A stretch of 64,000 nt of DNA, taken from the NCBI RefSeq assembly GCF_009914755.1, contig NC_060947.1. One strand, 5' to 3'. A program made the position numbers and the translations under genes. Below, in pieces: positions 26,039-42,719 of the stretch. The notes under the pieces were generated by a model. That model did no database searches and was not told where the DNA came from. It saw only the letters and a program-made list of their open reading frames with translations. The stretch's first letter is position 1. Every line of letters starts with the position of its first letter. This DNA is from the human T2T-CHM13v2.0 reference genome, Homo sapiens.

Positions 26039-28748
26039 CAGAAAGAGGTTGAAACCCTAAATAGACAAATATCAACTCTTGAAATGAAATCAGCAATAAA
26101 GAACCTACCAACCAAAAAATGCTCTGGATCACGTGGACAGTTACATTCTACCAGATGTACAAAGAAGAACTGATACCAATCTTACTGAAACTATTCCAAA
26201 AAAATCGAGGAGGAGGAGTGTTTCCTCCATAACTCATTCTATGAAGCCAGCATCAGCCTGATACCAAAATTTTGCAGAGACACAATGAAAAAAGAGAAAT
26301 TCAGACCATTATCCCTCATGAGCATAGATGCAAAAATCCTCAACAAAATACTAGGAAATCAAATGCAGCAGCACATCAAAAAGTTAATATACCATGATCA
26401 AGTAGGCTTTACTCCTGGAATGCAAGGCTGTTTCAACATACGCAAATTAATAAATATGATTCACTACACAAACAGAACTAAAAACAAAAACCATATGATC
26501 ATCTCAATAGATGCAGAAAAAGGTTTGATAAAATCCAATATCACTTCATGATAAAAATTCTATCAATATACTAGGCATCAAAGGAACATATCTCAAAATA
26601 ATAAGAGCAATCTATGACAACCCTACAGCCAATATAATATTGAATGAGCAAAAGCTCAAACGTTCCCCTTGAGAAATGGAACAAGACAAGGATGCGTACT
26701 CTCTCTGCTCCTATTCAACATAAATACTGGAAGTCCCAACCAGAGCAATCAGGAAAGAGAAAGAAAAGGCATCTGAATAGAAAAAGAAGTCAAACTAGTT
26801 ATCTTCAGTGACAATATAATTCTATACCAAGAAAATCCTAAAGACTCTGCCAAAACACTCCTAGAATCCATAAGTGACTTTTGTAAAGTTTCACGATACA
26901 AATTCAATGTACAAAATATCAGTAGCATTTCTATACACCAGCGTCTAGGCTGAGAGTGAAATCAAGAACATAATCCCACTAACAATAGCCACAAAGAAAA
27001 TGAAATACCTAGGAATACAGCTAACCAAGGAGGTTAGTTAATACAAGGAATACAACTAAACAAGGAAAACTATAAAACACTGCTGAAAGAAATCAGAGAT
27101 GAATTTCCACAAATAAATGGAAAAACATTCCATGCTCATGGATTGGAAGAATCAATATTGTAAAAATGGCCTTAATTCCCAAAGCAATTTGCAGGTTCAA
27201 TGCTACTGCTATCAAACTATCAATGATATTCTTCACAGAATTTTTAAAAACCATTCTAAAATTCATGTGGCACCAAGAAAGAGCCTGAATAGTCAAAACA
27301 GTTCTAAGCAAAAAGAACAGAACCAGAGACATCACACTATACTGACTTCAAACTATACTATAAAGTGACAGTAACCAAAACAGCATAGTACTTGTACAAA
27401 AACAGACACATACATTAATGGAACACAATAGAAAACTCAGTAAAATAGCCTCACACCTATAACCATTTGATCTTTGACAAAGTCGACAAAAACAAGCAAT
27501 GGGGAAAAGACTCCTTATTTGATAAATAGTGCTTGGATAACTGACTAGGCATATGCAGAATATTGAAGCTGTACTTCTATCTTTCACCATATACAAAAAT
27601 TAACTCAAAATGGACTAAATATTTAAATGTAAGACCTGAAACTATAAAAATCCTGGAAGACAACTTAGGAAATACTCAACACTGGTTTTTGCAAAGAATT
27701 TTTGGCTGAGCCTCCAAAAACAATTGCAACAAAAAACAAAAATAGATGAGTGGGACCTAATTAAATATCTTTTGCACAGTAAAATAAACATCAACAGAGC
27801 AAATAGTCAACTTACAGAATGAGAGAAGATATTTATAAACTATGCATCTGACAAGGGCCCAATATCCAGAATCTATAGGGAACTTAAAGAAATCAACAAA
27901 CAAAAACCAAACAATCCCATTAAAAATGGGCAAAGGACATGAACAGATACTTATCAAAAGAAGACACACAAGTGACCAACAAACATGAAAAAATGCTCAG
28001 CATTACTAATCATCAAAGAAATGCAAATCAAAACCACAATGATATACCATCTCCACCAGTTGGAATGGCTATTTTTAAAAAATTGAAAACAAACAGATGC
28101 TGGTGAGGCTTTGAAAGAAAAAGAATGCTTATACAATGTTGGTATGACTGTAAATTAGACCATCCATTGTGGAAAGCAGTCTGAAGATTTCTCAAAGAAC
28201 TTAAAGCAGAACTACCATTTGACCCAGGAATTCCATTACTTGATATATACCCTATAGAAAATAAATCATCATATTGAAAAAACACATGCACTCATATATT
28301 CATCACTGCACTATTTACAATAGCAAAGACATGAAATCAACCCAGGTTCTCCTCAATGATAGATTGGATAAAGAAAATGTGGTACATATACACCATGGAA
28401 TACTATGCAGCTGTAAAAAGAATGAAATACCACCTTTACAGCAACATGGATGCATCTGGAGGCCATAATCCTAAGCAAATTAGCACAAGAACAGAAAACC
28501 AAATACTGCATGTTCTTATTTATAAGTGGTAGCTAAGCATTGAACTCACATGGTCATAAATATGGGAACAATAGACACTGTGGACTACAAAAGGGTGGGG
28601 TGGGATGTAAAAAAGTATGTATTGGGTACTATGCTTACTACCAGGTGACAGAATCCATACTCCAAATCTGAGCATCATGAAATATTCCCATGCAACAAAT
28701 CTGCACATGTACCTGTTGCATCTAAAATAAAACTTGAAATTAAAAAAA
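26039..28748 (+). mobile_element. 5'-truncated old primate L1 (L1PA13-16/L1PB-like), decayed RT to 3'UTR
   Basis: ORF2 peptides ([18 protein letters not shown]; ISIDAEK), 3'UTR and A-rich tail. Approximate TSD aaaaaatg(t)ggattca on both sides. Confidence 0.9.
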
Positions 28749-29072
28749 ATGGATTCAAATAATTTAATAGATCTGGGTATTCTGAGGTTATTTTTTCTTA
28801 TGAGCCTTGATAATACTGTGTCTTTTAAGGAATTTTTAAAATTTTATTGAAGTTGTTGAATTTATAGGCATAAAGGTGTTTGTGTTATCCCTTTATTATA
28901 GTTCAATATCTGTCAAGTCTATTGAGATGCTTTCCCTATTACATTTATGATATTGATAATTTATTACCCCTAGGATTTTTGTTTCTTTGAGGAAATTACT
29001 CTAGCTGGAGTTTTATTAATTTTATTAATCTTTCCAAGGAATAGCTTTTAGCTTAATTGATTTTCTTTCTTG

Positions 29073-30440
29073 TTTTTTTTTTTTTTTTTATTATACTTTA
29101 CGTTCTGGGATACATGTGCAGAATGTGCAGGTTTGTTACATGGGTATACATGTGCCATGGCGGTTTGTTGCACCCATCAACCCGTCATCTAGGTTTTAAG
29201 CCCCACATGCCTTAGGTATTTGTCCTAATGCTCTCCCTCTCCTTGTCCCCCACCCCACGACAGGCCCCAGTGTGTGATGTTTCCCTCCCTGTGTCCATGT
29301 GTTCTCATTGTTCAACTCCCACTTATGAGTGAGAACATGTGGTGTTTGGTTTTCTGTTCCTGTGTTAGTTTGCTCTCCTGTTTGAGGTGTCTCTTGACCC
29401 CTGCTGGGAGGTCTCTCCCAGTCAGGAGGCATGGGGGTCAGGGACCCACTTGAGGAGGCCATCTGTCCCTCAGCAGAGCTCCAGCGCTGTGCTGGGAGAT
29501 CTGCTGCTCTCTTCAGAGCAGGCAGACAGGAACGTTTAAGTCTGCTGAAGCTGTGCCCACAGCCACCCCTTCCCTCAGGTGCTCTGTCCCAGGGAGATGG
29601 GAGTTTTATCTATAAACCCCCGACTGGGGCTGCTGCCTTTCTTTCAGAGATGCCCTGCCCAGACAGGAGGAATCTAGAGAGGCAGCCTGGCTACAGGGGC
29701 TTTGCACCCCACTGTGGTGGGCTTTTCCCAGTCCGAACTTCCTGGTGGCTTTGTTTACACTGTAATGGGAAAACCGCCTACTGAAGCCTCAGTAATGATG
29801 GACGCCCTTCTCCCAACCAAGCTCAAGTGTCCCAGGTCGACTTCAGACTGCTGTGCTGGCAGCGAGAATTTCAAGCCAGTGGATCTTAGCTTGTTGGTCT
29901 TTGTAGGGGGTGGGATCCAGTGCGCAAGACCACTCAGCTCCCTAGCTTCAGCCCCCTTTCTAGGCGAGTGAACGGTTCTGTCTCGCTGGTGTTCCAGGCA
30001 CCACTGGGGTACAAAAAAAAACTCCTGCAGCTAGCTCGGTGTCTGCCCAAATGGCTGCCCAGCTTTGTGCTTGAAACCCAGGGCCCTGGTGGTGTAGGCA
30101 CCCGAGGGAATCTCCTGGTCTGTGGGTTGTGAAGACAGTGGGAAAAGCATAGTATCTGGGCCGGATAGCTCTGTCCCTCACAGCACAGTCCCTCGTGGCT
30201 TCCCTTGGCTAGGGGAGGGAGTTCCCTGACCCCTTGTGCTTCCCAGGTGAGGCAATGCCCCACCCTGATTCTGCTTGCCCTCCATGGGCTGGGCTGCACC
30301 CATTGTCTAACCAGTCCCAATGAGATGAGCTGGGTACCTCAGTAGGAAATGCAGAAATCACCCGTCTTGTGCGTTGGTCCATTGATCTTGCTGGGAGCTG
30401 CAGACCAGAGCTATTCCTATTTAGTCATCTTGCCTGGATG
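29073..30440 (-). mobile_element. L1PA7/8-like sequence: 5'UTR (29374-30440) fused directly to the 3' end (29073-29373)
   Basis: T-tail and 3'UTR on the left. Junction gttagtttgct|ctcctgtttgagg. The L1 5' terminus (reverse complement of aataggaatagctctggtctgcagctcccagc) is on the right. Confidence 0.85.
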
Positions 30441-30442
30441 GC

Positions 30443-33400
30443 CACATTTTTTAATCCATTTATCTGTTGATGGACACAGATTACTTCCAAATCTTAGCTA
30501 TTGTGAACAATGCTGCAACAAACATGGAAGTATAGCTATCCCTTCCATGTACTGGTTTCCTTTCTTTTGGGTATATTTCCAGCAGTGGGATTGCTAGATC
30601 ATATGGTAGCTCCATTTTTAGTGTTTTTTTTGTTGCTGTTGTTTGTTTGTTTTTTGATGGAGTTTCACTCTGTCTCCTAGGCTGGAGTGCAGTGGCATGA
30701 TCTTGGCTCACTGCATCCTCCGCCTCCTGGGTTTAAGCAATTCTCTGCCTCAGCTTCCTGAGTAGCTGGGATTTCAGGTGCCCACCACCACGCCCAGCTA
30801 ATTTTTTTGTATTTTTAGTAGAGACAGGGTTTCACCATCTTGGCCAGGCTGATCTTGAACTCCTGACCTTGTGATCCACCTGCCTCAGCATCCCGAAGTG
30901 CTGGGATTACAGGTGTGAGTCACTGCACCTGGCTTATTTTTACTTTTTTGAGGAACCTCCAAACTCTTCTCCATAGTACTTGTACCAGTGTATATTCCCA
31001 CTAACAGTGTATAAGGGTTCCCTTTTCTTCACATTCTTGCCAGTATTTGTTATTGCCTGTCTTTTGGATATTAGCCATTTTAAGTGGGGTGAGATGATAA
31101 CTCATTGTACCTTTTATTTGCATTTCTCTGATGATCAATGATGTCGAGCACCTTTTCATGTGCCTATTTGCCATTTGTATGTCTTCTTTTAAAAAATATC
31201 TAGTCAAATCATTTTTGGTTGGATTATTAGATGTTTTCCCATAAAGTTGTTTGAGTTCCTCGTATATTATGGTTATTAATCCCTTGTCAGATGGGTTGTT
31301 TGCTAATATTTAGTTTTCTCCCATTCTGTGGGTTGTCTTCTCACTTTATTGATTGTATCCTTTACTGTGCAGAAATTTTTTTAACTTGATGGGATCCCAT
31401 TTGTCCATGTTTGCTTTGGTTACTGTGCTTGTGGGATATTGCTCAATAAATCTTTGTCCAGACCAATATCCTAGAGATATTTCCTTATGTTTTCCTGTAA
31501 TAGTTTCATACTTTAAGGTCTTAGTTGTAAGTCTTTAATCCATTTTGATTCGATTTTTATATATGGCAAAAGATAGGGGTATAAGTTTCATATTTTTTTC
31601 TGCATATGGATATCCAGTTTTCCCAGCACAACTTATTGAAGAGACTGTCTTTTTCCCAGTGCATGTTCTTGGGAACTTTGTTGAAAATGACTCCACTGTA
31701 GATGTGTGGATTTGCTTCTGGATTCCCTATTCTGTTCCATTGGTCTATGTGTGTGTTTTTATGCCAGTACCATGCTGTTTTGGTTACTATAGCTCTGTGG
31801 TATAATTTGAAGTCAGGTAATGTGATTCCTCCAGTTTTGTTCTTTTTCTTAGGATAGCTTTGGCTATTCTGGGTCTTTTGTAGTTGTATATAAATTTTAG
31901 AATTGTTTTTTCTATTTCTTTGAAGAATGTCATTGGTATTTTGCTAGGGATTGCATTGAATCTGTAGATTGCTTTGGTTAGTATGGACATTTTTAACAAT
32001 ATTGATTCTCCTCATACATGTACATAAAATATATTTTTTTCATTTTTTGATATCCTCTTCAATTTCCTTCAACAGTGTTTTATAATTTTCACTATAGAGA
32101 TCTTTCACTTTTTTGGTTAATTCCTAGTATTTAATTTTACGTGTGGCTACTGTAAGTGGAAATACTTTTTAAAATTTCTTTTTCACATTGTTCACTGTTG
32201 GCATATAGTAATGCTACTGATTTTTGTATGTTTATTTTGTATCATGCAACTTTACTGAATTTGTTTATCAGTTCTAATAGTTTCCTTGTGGAGTCTTTAG
32301 GTTTTTCCAAATATAAGTTCATATTATCAGCAAACAAAGATAATTTGACTTCTTCCTTTTCAATTTGCATATCCTTTGTATGCTTCTTCTGTCAGATTGC
32401 TCTAGCTAGTACTTCCAGTACTATGTTGAATAACAATGGTGACAGTGGGCATTCTCATCATGTTCTAGATATTAGATGAAACGACTTCAGGTTTCAGTTT
32501 TTCCCCATTCAGTATGATACTAGCTGTTGGTCTGCTGTATATTTTTTTTAAATATAGGTCAATAGCTTTTCAGGAACAGGTGGTTTTTGGTTACAGGGGT
32601 TTCCCCTTAGTGGTGATTTCTGAGATGTTGGTGTACCAATCGCCTGGGCAGTGTACACTGTGCCCAATGTGTAGTCTTTTATCCCTTACCCCCTCCTACC
32701 TTTCACCCTCCGAGCCCCCAGAGTCCATTATATCATTCTTATGCCTTTGTGTCTTCATAGTGTAGCTCCCACTTATAAGTGAGAACATAAGATATTTGGT
32801 TTTCCATTACTGAGTTACTTCACTTAGAATAAAGTTCTCTAACTCCATCGAAGTTGCTGTGAATTTCATTATTTCATTCCATTTTATAGCTGAGTAGTAT
32901 TCCATGGTATAGATATACCACATTTTTCTTTATCTACACATTGGTTGATGGGCATTTAGGCTGGTTCCATACTTTTGCAATTGTGAATTGTACTACTATA
33001 AACATGCATGTGCAACTGTCTTTTTCATAAAGACTTATTTTCCTTTGGGTAAATATTGAGTAGTGGGATTACTGTACCAAATGGTAGTTCTATTTTTTGT
33101 TCTTAAGGATTCTCCATAGTGTTTTCCATAGTGGTTGTACTAGTTTACATTCCCACCAGCAGTGTAAAATTGTTCCCTTTTCACCACACCCATGCCAAAA
33201 TCTATTATGTTTTTGTTTTTTAATTATGGCCATTCTTGCAGGAGTAAGGTGGTATCTCATGGTTTTAATTTGTATTTCCATGATAATTAGTGATGCTGAG
33301 CATTTTTATGTGTGTTTTATAACTATTTGTATATCTTCTTTTGAGAATTTTCTATTCATGTCCTTTGCCCACTTTTTGATGCAAGTGTTTGTTATTTGCT

Positions 33401-33850
33401 GATTTGAGTTCCTTGTAGATTCTAGATATTAGTCCTTTGTCAGATGTTTAGTTTGTGACCATTTTCTTCCATTCTGTGGGTTGTCTGTTTACTCTGCTGA
33501 TTATTTCTTTTGCTGTGCAGAAGCATTTTAGTTTAATTAGGTCCTATCTATTTATTTTTGTTTTTGTTGCATTTGCTTTTTCGTTCTTGGCCATGAACTC
33601 TTTACCTAAGCCAATGTCTAGAAGATTTTTTCTGATGTTGAGCATTTTCTCATACACTTATTTGTCATTTGTGTGTCTTCTTTTGAGAAATGTCTTTTCA
33701 GGTCCTTTGCCCTTTCCTAAATTGTTTTTCTGCTATTGAGTTGTATGAAGTCTTCATACACTTCAGATATTAACCTTTTATCAGATAAATGATTTGCAAA
33801 TATTTTTTCCCATTCCATAAGTTGCCTTTTCACTCTGTTGATTTTTCCTT
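30443..33850 (-). mobile_element. Stack of antisense L1 fragments (L1MA-like 30443-32540, L1PB-like 3' end 32540-33640, further fragment to 33850)
   Basis: Minus-strand ORF2 peptides ([10 protein letters not shown]; [15 protein letters not shown]) and distinct 3'UTRs. Confidence 0.85.
30624..30933 (-). mobile_element. AluS inserted in L1
   Basis: Antisense dimeric Alu. Confidence 0.93.
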
Positions 33851-33879
33851 AAGGGCCAGAAATGTGTCTGATTCAAAGA

Positions 33880-34280
33880 GCCTGGCACAGAGTACAGAGA
33901 TCACATGATCTCACTCACATGTGGAGGCTAAAATAAGTTCCTCTCATAGAAGTAAAAAGCAGAACAGAAGTTATTAGAGGCTGGAAAGAGTAGGAAAAAG
34001 GTGGGGATAGAGAAAGATTTGTTAAAGAACATAACATTTCAGTTAGTTCTAGTGTTTTATGGCACTGTAAGATGACTTCAATATAACAATGGTATATTAT
34101 ATATTTTCAGATAGATAGAGGATATTGAATGTTCCCAGCATAAAGAAATGATAAATATTTATGATGAGTATACGATGTTCATCTGATTATTATATATTGT
34201 ATGTGTCAAAACATCACTATGTACCCCATAATATGTGCAATTATTATGTGTTAATTAAAAGTAAGTAAATAAATTTTTAG
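33880..34280 (+). mobile_element. L1MA 3' end fragment
   Basis: cacatgatctcactcacatgtgg...gatattgaatgttcccagcataaagaaatgataaat motifs. Confidence 0.75.
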
Positions 34281-34394
34281 AAGGAAGTTCTTTTTAAAAG
34301 TTCAATGACATTCTGGAAGAATAAAAAGCCTGAAGATCCTAGGGAACACTTTTGGGAAGTGCTAGTCAGGTCTGCAGGGCATCCTCAAAGGGTG

Positions 34395-35478
34395 CTAGCT
34401 GATCACAACACCCAAGTACTTTTGAATATCTGGAAAGCCTTCCCAAGAAGGATGGTTGCAAACAAGCCCAGACAGTGAACGCTACAATAAATACCTAACT
34501 CTTCAATGCCCAGACACAGAAGAACATCTGCTAGCATCAACGCCATCCAGGAAAACATGACCTCACCAAATAAACTAAATAAGGCAACAAAGACCAATTT
34601 TAGAGAAATAGAAACATGTGACCTTTCAGACACAGAATTCGAAATAGTTGTGTTGAGAAAAAAAGAAATTCAAGAAAACACAAAGAAGGAATTCAGAATT
34701 CTATCGGATAAATTTAACAAAGAGATTGAAATAATTAAAAAGAATCAAGCAGAAATACTCAAGCTGAAAAATGCAATTGACATACAGAAGAATGCATCAG
34801 AGTCCTTTAATAGCAGAATGGCTCAAGCAGAAGAATTAGTGAGCTTGAAGACAGGCTATTGGAAAATACACAGTTAGATGAGACAAGAAAAAAGAACAAA
34901 AAAGAATGAAGCACAACTACAGGATTTTAAAAATAGCCTCAAAGGGCAAACCTAAGAGTTATTGGCCTTAAAGAAGAGGTAGAGAAAGAGATGAGGTAGA
35001 AAGTTTATTGAAAGGGATAATAACAAAGAACTTCCCAAAAGTAGAGAAAGGTATCAATATCCAAATACAAGAAGGTTATAGAACACCAGGCAGATTTACC
35101 CAAAGAATATTACCTCAAGGCATTTAATAATCAAACTCTCCAAGGTCAAGGACAAAGAAAGGATCCTAAAAGCAGGAAGAGAAAATAAACAAATAACATA
35201 CAATGGAGCTCCAATATGTCTGGCAGCAGACTTTTCAGTGGAAACCTTACAGGCCAGGAGAGAGTGACATGACGTATTTAAAGTGGTAAAGGAAAAACTT
35301 TTATCCTAGAATAGTATATCTGGTGAAAATATCCTTCAAACATGAAGAAAAAATACTTTCCCAGGCAAACAAAAGCTGAGGGATTTTTATTAACACCAGA
35401 CATGTCCTACAAGAAATGCTAAACAGAGTACTTCAATCAGAAAGAAAAAGATGTTAATGAGCAATAAGAAATCATCTG
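34395..35478 (+). mobile_element. L1M/L1MA ORF1 remnant
   Basis: ORF 34506-34877 is a coiled-coil ORF1p-like peptide (KFNKEIEIIKKNQAEILKLKNAI). Downstream ORF1 motifs include gcagacttttcagtggaaacc. Confidence 0.85.
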
Positions 35479-35481
35479 GAA

Positions 35482-36459
35482 GGGGGAGCAGCAAAGATGG
35501 CCAAAGAGAATCAGCTCTGCTCTGTGGCTCCCACCAAGAACAATAAAAACGGTGAGTGAATTCTGCATCTTCAATTGAGGGACCAAGGTTCTCTCAATGG
35601 GACTGCCTAGGTGGTTGTTGCAGTCTACAAAGAGTGAGGAAAAGCAGGGTGGAGCAAGGGCCTATCTAGGAGCTGAACAGAGCAAAGTGATCTCCCTTCC
35701 CTGGCCAACGGTGGTGGTGAAGGATTGTGCTACCCGTCCCTTAAAACAATGCTTTTTCCATGGATCCTTGGAACCCGCAGATCAGGAGGTCCCCTCATGA
35801 GCACATGCCACCAGGGCCTTGGGGCCCAAGTGCAGAGCTGTGGAGATGCAAGGTGGTGGTTGGGTGGGCAGCCACTCGAGCAAGCATTGAGGTACATAAG
35901 TATTTGCAAACTCTGGCTCTGGGAACTCCAGTGAGGCAGGAAATCAGTCCATTCCTATGAGGAAGCCAAGCAGCCTAATTCCCATGGAACTCCACAAGCT
36001 AAAACTCACGGGTTTGGAATTCCCACCGACCAGTGCAGCAGGCTGGAAACTGCCTAAGAAGACTGAGTTCCCAGTGGGGAGGGGGGCCACCATCACTGTG
36101 GCTCCAGTCAGCCGTTTTCCCCTGCTGCCAGGGCCGGTGAGACTGGGCAGTTTGGACCAGGGGCAATTCCCCACAGCATAGCACAGTGGTTGGGTCAGTT
36201 TGTGGCCAGACTGCTTCTTTAAGCGAGACCCTGATCCACTCCTTCTTATTGGGCAGGGCCTCCCTGTGGGAATTCCAGCAATCCCAGCCAGGAGTTTATG
36301 GACAGAAAGCTGATATCCCTGAGAGGGACCCTTAGGAGGAGGGAAGGCTGCAATATCACGGATCAGTGGTCTTAATTTTTTCTGCTGGCTGACTCTGAAG
36401 AGTCAGGGCAGCCTGGACAAGGGGGATTCCCCCAAGCACAGCATACTTGCTTCACTAAG
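35482..36459 (+). mobile_element. 5'UTR of an older L1PA element
   Basis: Begins gggggagcagcaaagatggcc (YY1-like site) and continues with GC-rich L1 5'UTR motifs (ttctgcatcttcaattgagg). Confidence 0.8.
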
Positions 36460-39438
<2,979 letters not shown>

Positions 39439-42400
39439 AAACTCAAAGACCACACAACTACATGGAAATTGAACAACATACTCCTCAATGACTTCTGGGT
39501 AAATAATGAAATTAAGGCAGAAAACAAGAAGTTCTTTGAAATTAATGAGAACAGAGACAATGTACCAGAATCTCTGAGACACCGCTAAAGTAGTGGTAAG
39601 AAGGAAATTTATAGCACTGAACGCCCACATTGAAAAGCCAGAAAAATCTCAAATCGATACCCTACCATTACAACTAAAAGAACTAGAAAACCAAGAGCAA
39701 ACAAACCCCAAAGCTAGCAGAAGACAATAAATAAACAAGCTCAGAGTGTAACTGAAGGAGAAAAAGACATGAAAAACCCTTCAAAAAAATGGATGAATCC
39801 AGGAGCTAGTTTCCTGAAAAAATTAATAAAACATATAGACTGCTCCTAGACTAATGAAGAAGAAAAAAGAGAAGAATCAGATAGACACGATAAAAAGTGA
39901 TAAAGGGATATCACCACTGACCCCACAGAAATACAAACAACCTTCAGAGAATACTATAAACACCTCTATGCAAATAAACTAGAAAATCTAGAAGAAATGG
40001 ATAAATTCATGGACACATACACCCTCCCAAGACTGAGCCAGATAGAAGTTGAATCCCTGAATAGACCAATAACAAGTTCTGAAATTGAGGCAGTCGTCAA
40101 TTGCCTAGCAACCAAAAAATGCCCAGGACCAGGTGGATTTACAACTGAATTCTACCAGAAGTACAAAAAGGAGCTGATACCTTTTCTTCTGAAATTATTC
40201 CAAACAATTGAAATGGACGCACTCCTCCCTAATTCATTCTATGAGGCCAGCATCATCCTGATAACAAACTTGGTAGAGATACAACAAAAATAGAAAACTT
40301 CATGCCAATATCCCTAATGAACATTGATGCAAAAATTCTTAATAAAATACTGGCAAAACGAATCTACCAGCACATCAAAAACTTATCTGCCACCAATAAA
40401 TTGACTTCATCCCTGGAATGCAATTGCGGCTGGTTCAACATACCCAAATCAATAAACCTAATTTATCACATAAACAGATCCAAAGACAAGAACCACATGA
40501 TTATCTCAATAGAGGCTGAAAAGGCCTTGATAAAATTCAACATCCCTTCATGTTAAAAGCTTTCATTAAAATAGGTAATGAAGGAACATGCCTCAAAATA
40601 ATAAGAGTGATACATGAAAAACCCACAGCCAATATCAAAATGAATGGGCAAAGCTGGAAGCATTCCCCTTGAAAACTGGCACAAGACAAGGATGACCTCT
40701 CCCACCACTCCTATTCAACATAATATTAAACGTTCTGACTAGGGCACTCAGGCAAGAGAAAGAAATAAAGAGTATTCAAATAGGAAGAGAGAAAGTCAAA
40801 TTGTGTCTTGTGTGCAGATGACATGACAGAAAACCCCATCATCTCAGCCCAAAAGCTTCTTCAGCTGATAAGCAACTTCAGCAAAGTCTGAGGATACAAA
40901 ATCAATATGCAAAATTCACAAGGATTTCTATACACCAACAACAGGCAAGCAGAGAGCCAAATCATGAATGAACCCCCATTCAAAATTGCTGGAAAAGGAA
41001 TAAAATACTTGGGAATACAGTTAACAAGGGAAGTGAAAGACCTCCTCAAGGAGAACTACAAACCACTGCTCGAGGAAATTAGAGAGGACACAAACAAATG
41101 GAAAAATATTCCATGCTCATGAATAGGAAGAATCAACATTGTGAAACTGGCTATATTGCCCAAAGTAATTTATAGATTCGATGCTGTTCCCATTAAACTA
41201 CCATTGACATTCTTCGAAGAATTTGAAGAAACTACTTTAAAATTCATATGGAACCAAATAAGAGCCCATACAGCCAAGACAGTCATGCTACCTGACTTCA
41301 AAGTATACTACAAGGCTATAGTAACCAAAACAGCATGGTATTGGTACAAAAACAGACACATAGACTGATGGAACAGAATAGAGAACTCAGAAATAGGACT
41401 ATACATCTACAACAAACTGATTTTTGTCAAACCTGACAAAAACAAACAATGGGGAAAGGATTCCCTGTTTAATAAATGGTGTTGAGAGAACTGGCTAGCC
41501 ATATGCAGAAAATTGAAACTGGTCCCCTTTCTTACACCTTATATGAAAATTATTCAAGATGGATTAAAGACTTAAATGTAAAATCCCAAATTATAAAAAC
41601 CTTAGAAGAAAACCTCAGCAATACCATTCAGGACATAGGCATGGGCAAAGATTTCATGATGAAATTGCCAAAAGCAACTGCAACAAAAGCCAAAATTGAC
41701 AAATGGGATCTAATTAAACTAAAGAGCTTTTGCACAGCAAAAGAAACTATCATCAGAGTGAACAGACAACCTAGAGAGTGGGAGAAATTTTTTGCAATCT
41801 ACCCATCTGACAAATGTCTAATATTCAGAATCTACAAGTAACTTAAACAAATTTACAAGAAAAAACAACCCCATTAAAAAGTAGGCAAAGGACACAGACA
41901 CTTCTCAAAAGAAGACATTCATGCAGCCAAACATGAAAAATAGCTCAACATCACTGATCATTAGAGAAATGCAAATCAAAACCACAGTGAGATACCATCT
42001 TATGCCAGTCATAATGGTGATTATTAAAAAGTCAAGAAACAACAGATGCTAGCGAGGTTGCAGAGAAATAGGAACATTTTAACACTGTTAGTGTGAGTGT
42101 AAATTAGTTCAACCACTGTGGAAGATGGTGTAGCAATTCCTCAAAGATCTAGAACCAGAAATACCATTTCACCCAGCAATTCCATTACTGAGTATATACC
42201 CAAAGGAATATAAATCATTCCATTACAAAGATACATGCATGCATATGTACACTGCAGCACTATTCACAATAGCAAATACATGGAATCAACCCAAATGCCC
42301 ATGAATGATAGACTAGATAAAGAAAATGTGGTACATATGCACCACAGAATACTATGCAGCCATAGAAAGGAATGAGATCATGTCCTTTGCAGGGACATGG

Positions 42401-42715
42401 ATGGAGCTGGAGGCCATTATCCTCAGCAACCTAATTCAGGAACAGAAAATCAAACACTGCATGTTTTCACTTAAAAGTCGGAGCTGAACATGAAAACACA
42501 TGGACACAGGGAGGGGAACAACACACACTTGGGCCTGTCCCAGGGTGGGATCGAGGGAGGGAGAGCATTAGAAAAAATACCTGATGCATGCTGGCCTTAA
42601 TACCTAAGTGATGGGTTGATGGGTGCAGCAAACCACCATGGCACATGTTTACCTAAGTAACAAACCTACACATCCTGCACATGTACCCCAGAACTTAGAA
42701 TAAAAATTTAAAAAT
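39439..42715 (+). mobile_element. Older L1PA (about PA8-PA11) ORF2 and 3'UTR, decayed
   Basis: Starts near the end of the EN domain (cacacaactacatggaaattgaacaac), with many frameshifts. The 3'UTR ends cctgcacatgtaccccagaacttagaataaaa. Confidence 0.9.
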
Positions 42716-42719
42716 ATAT

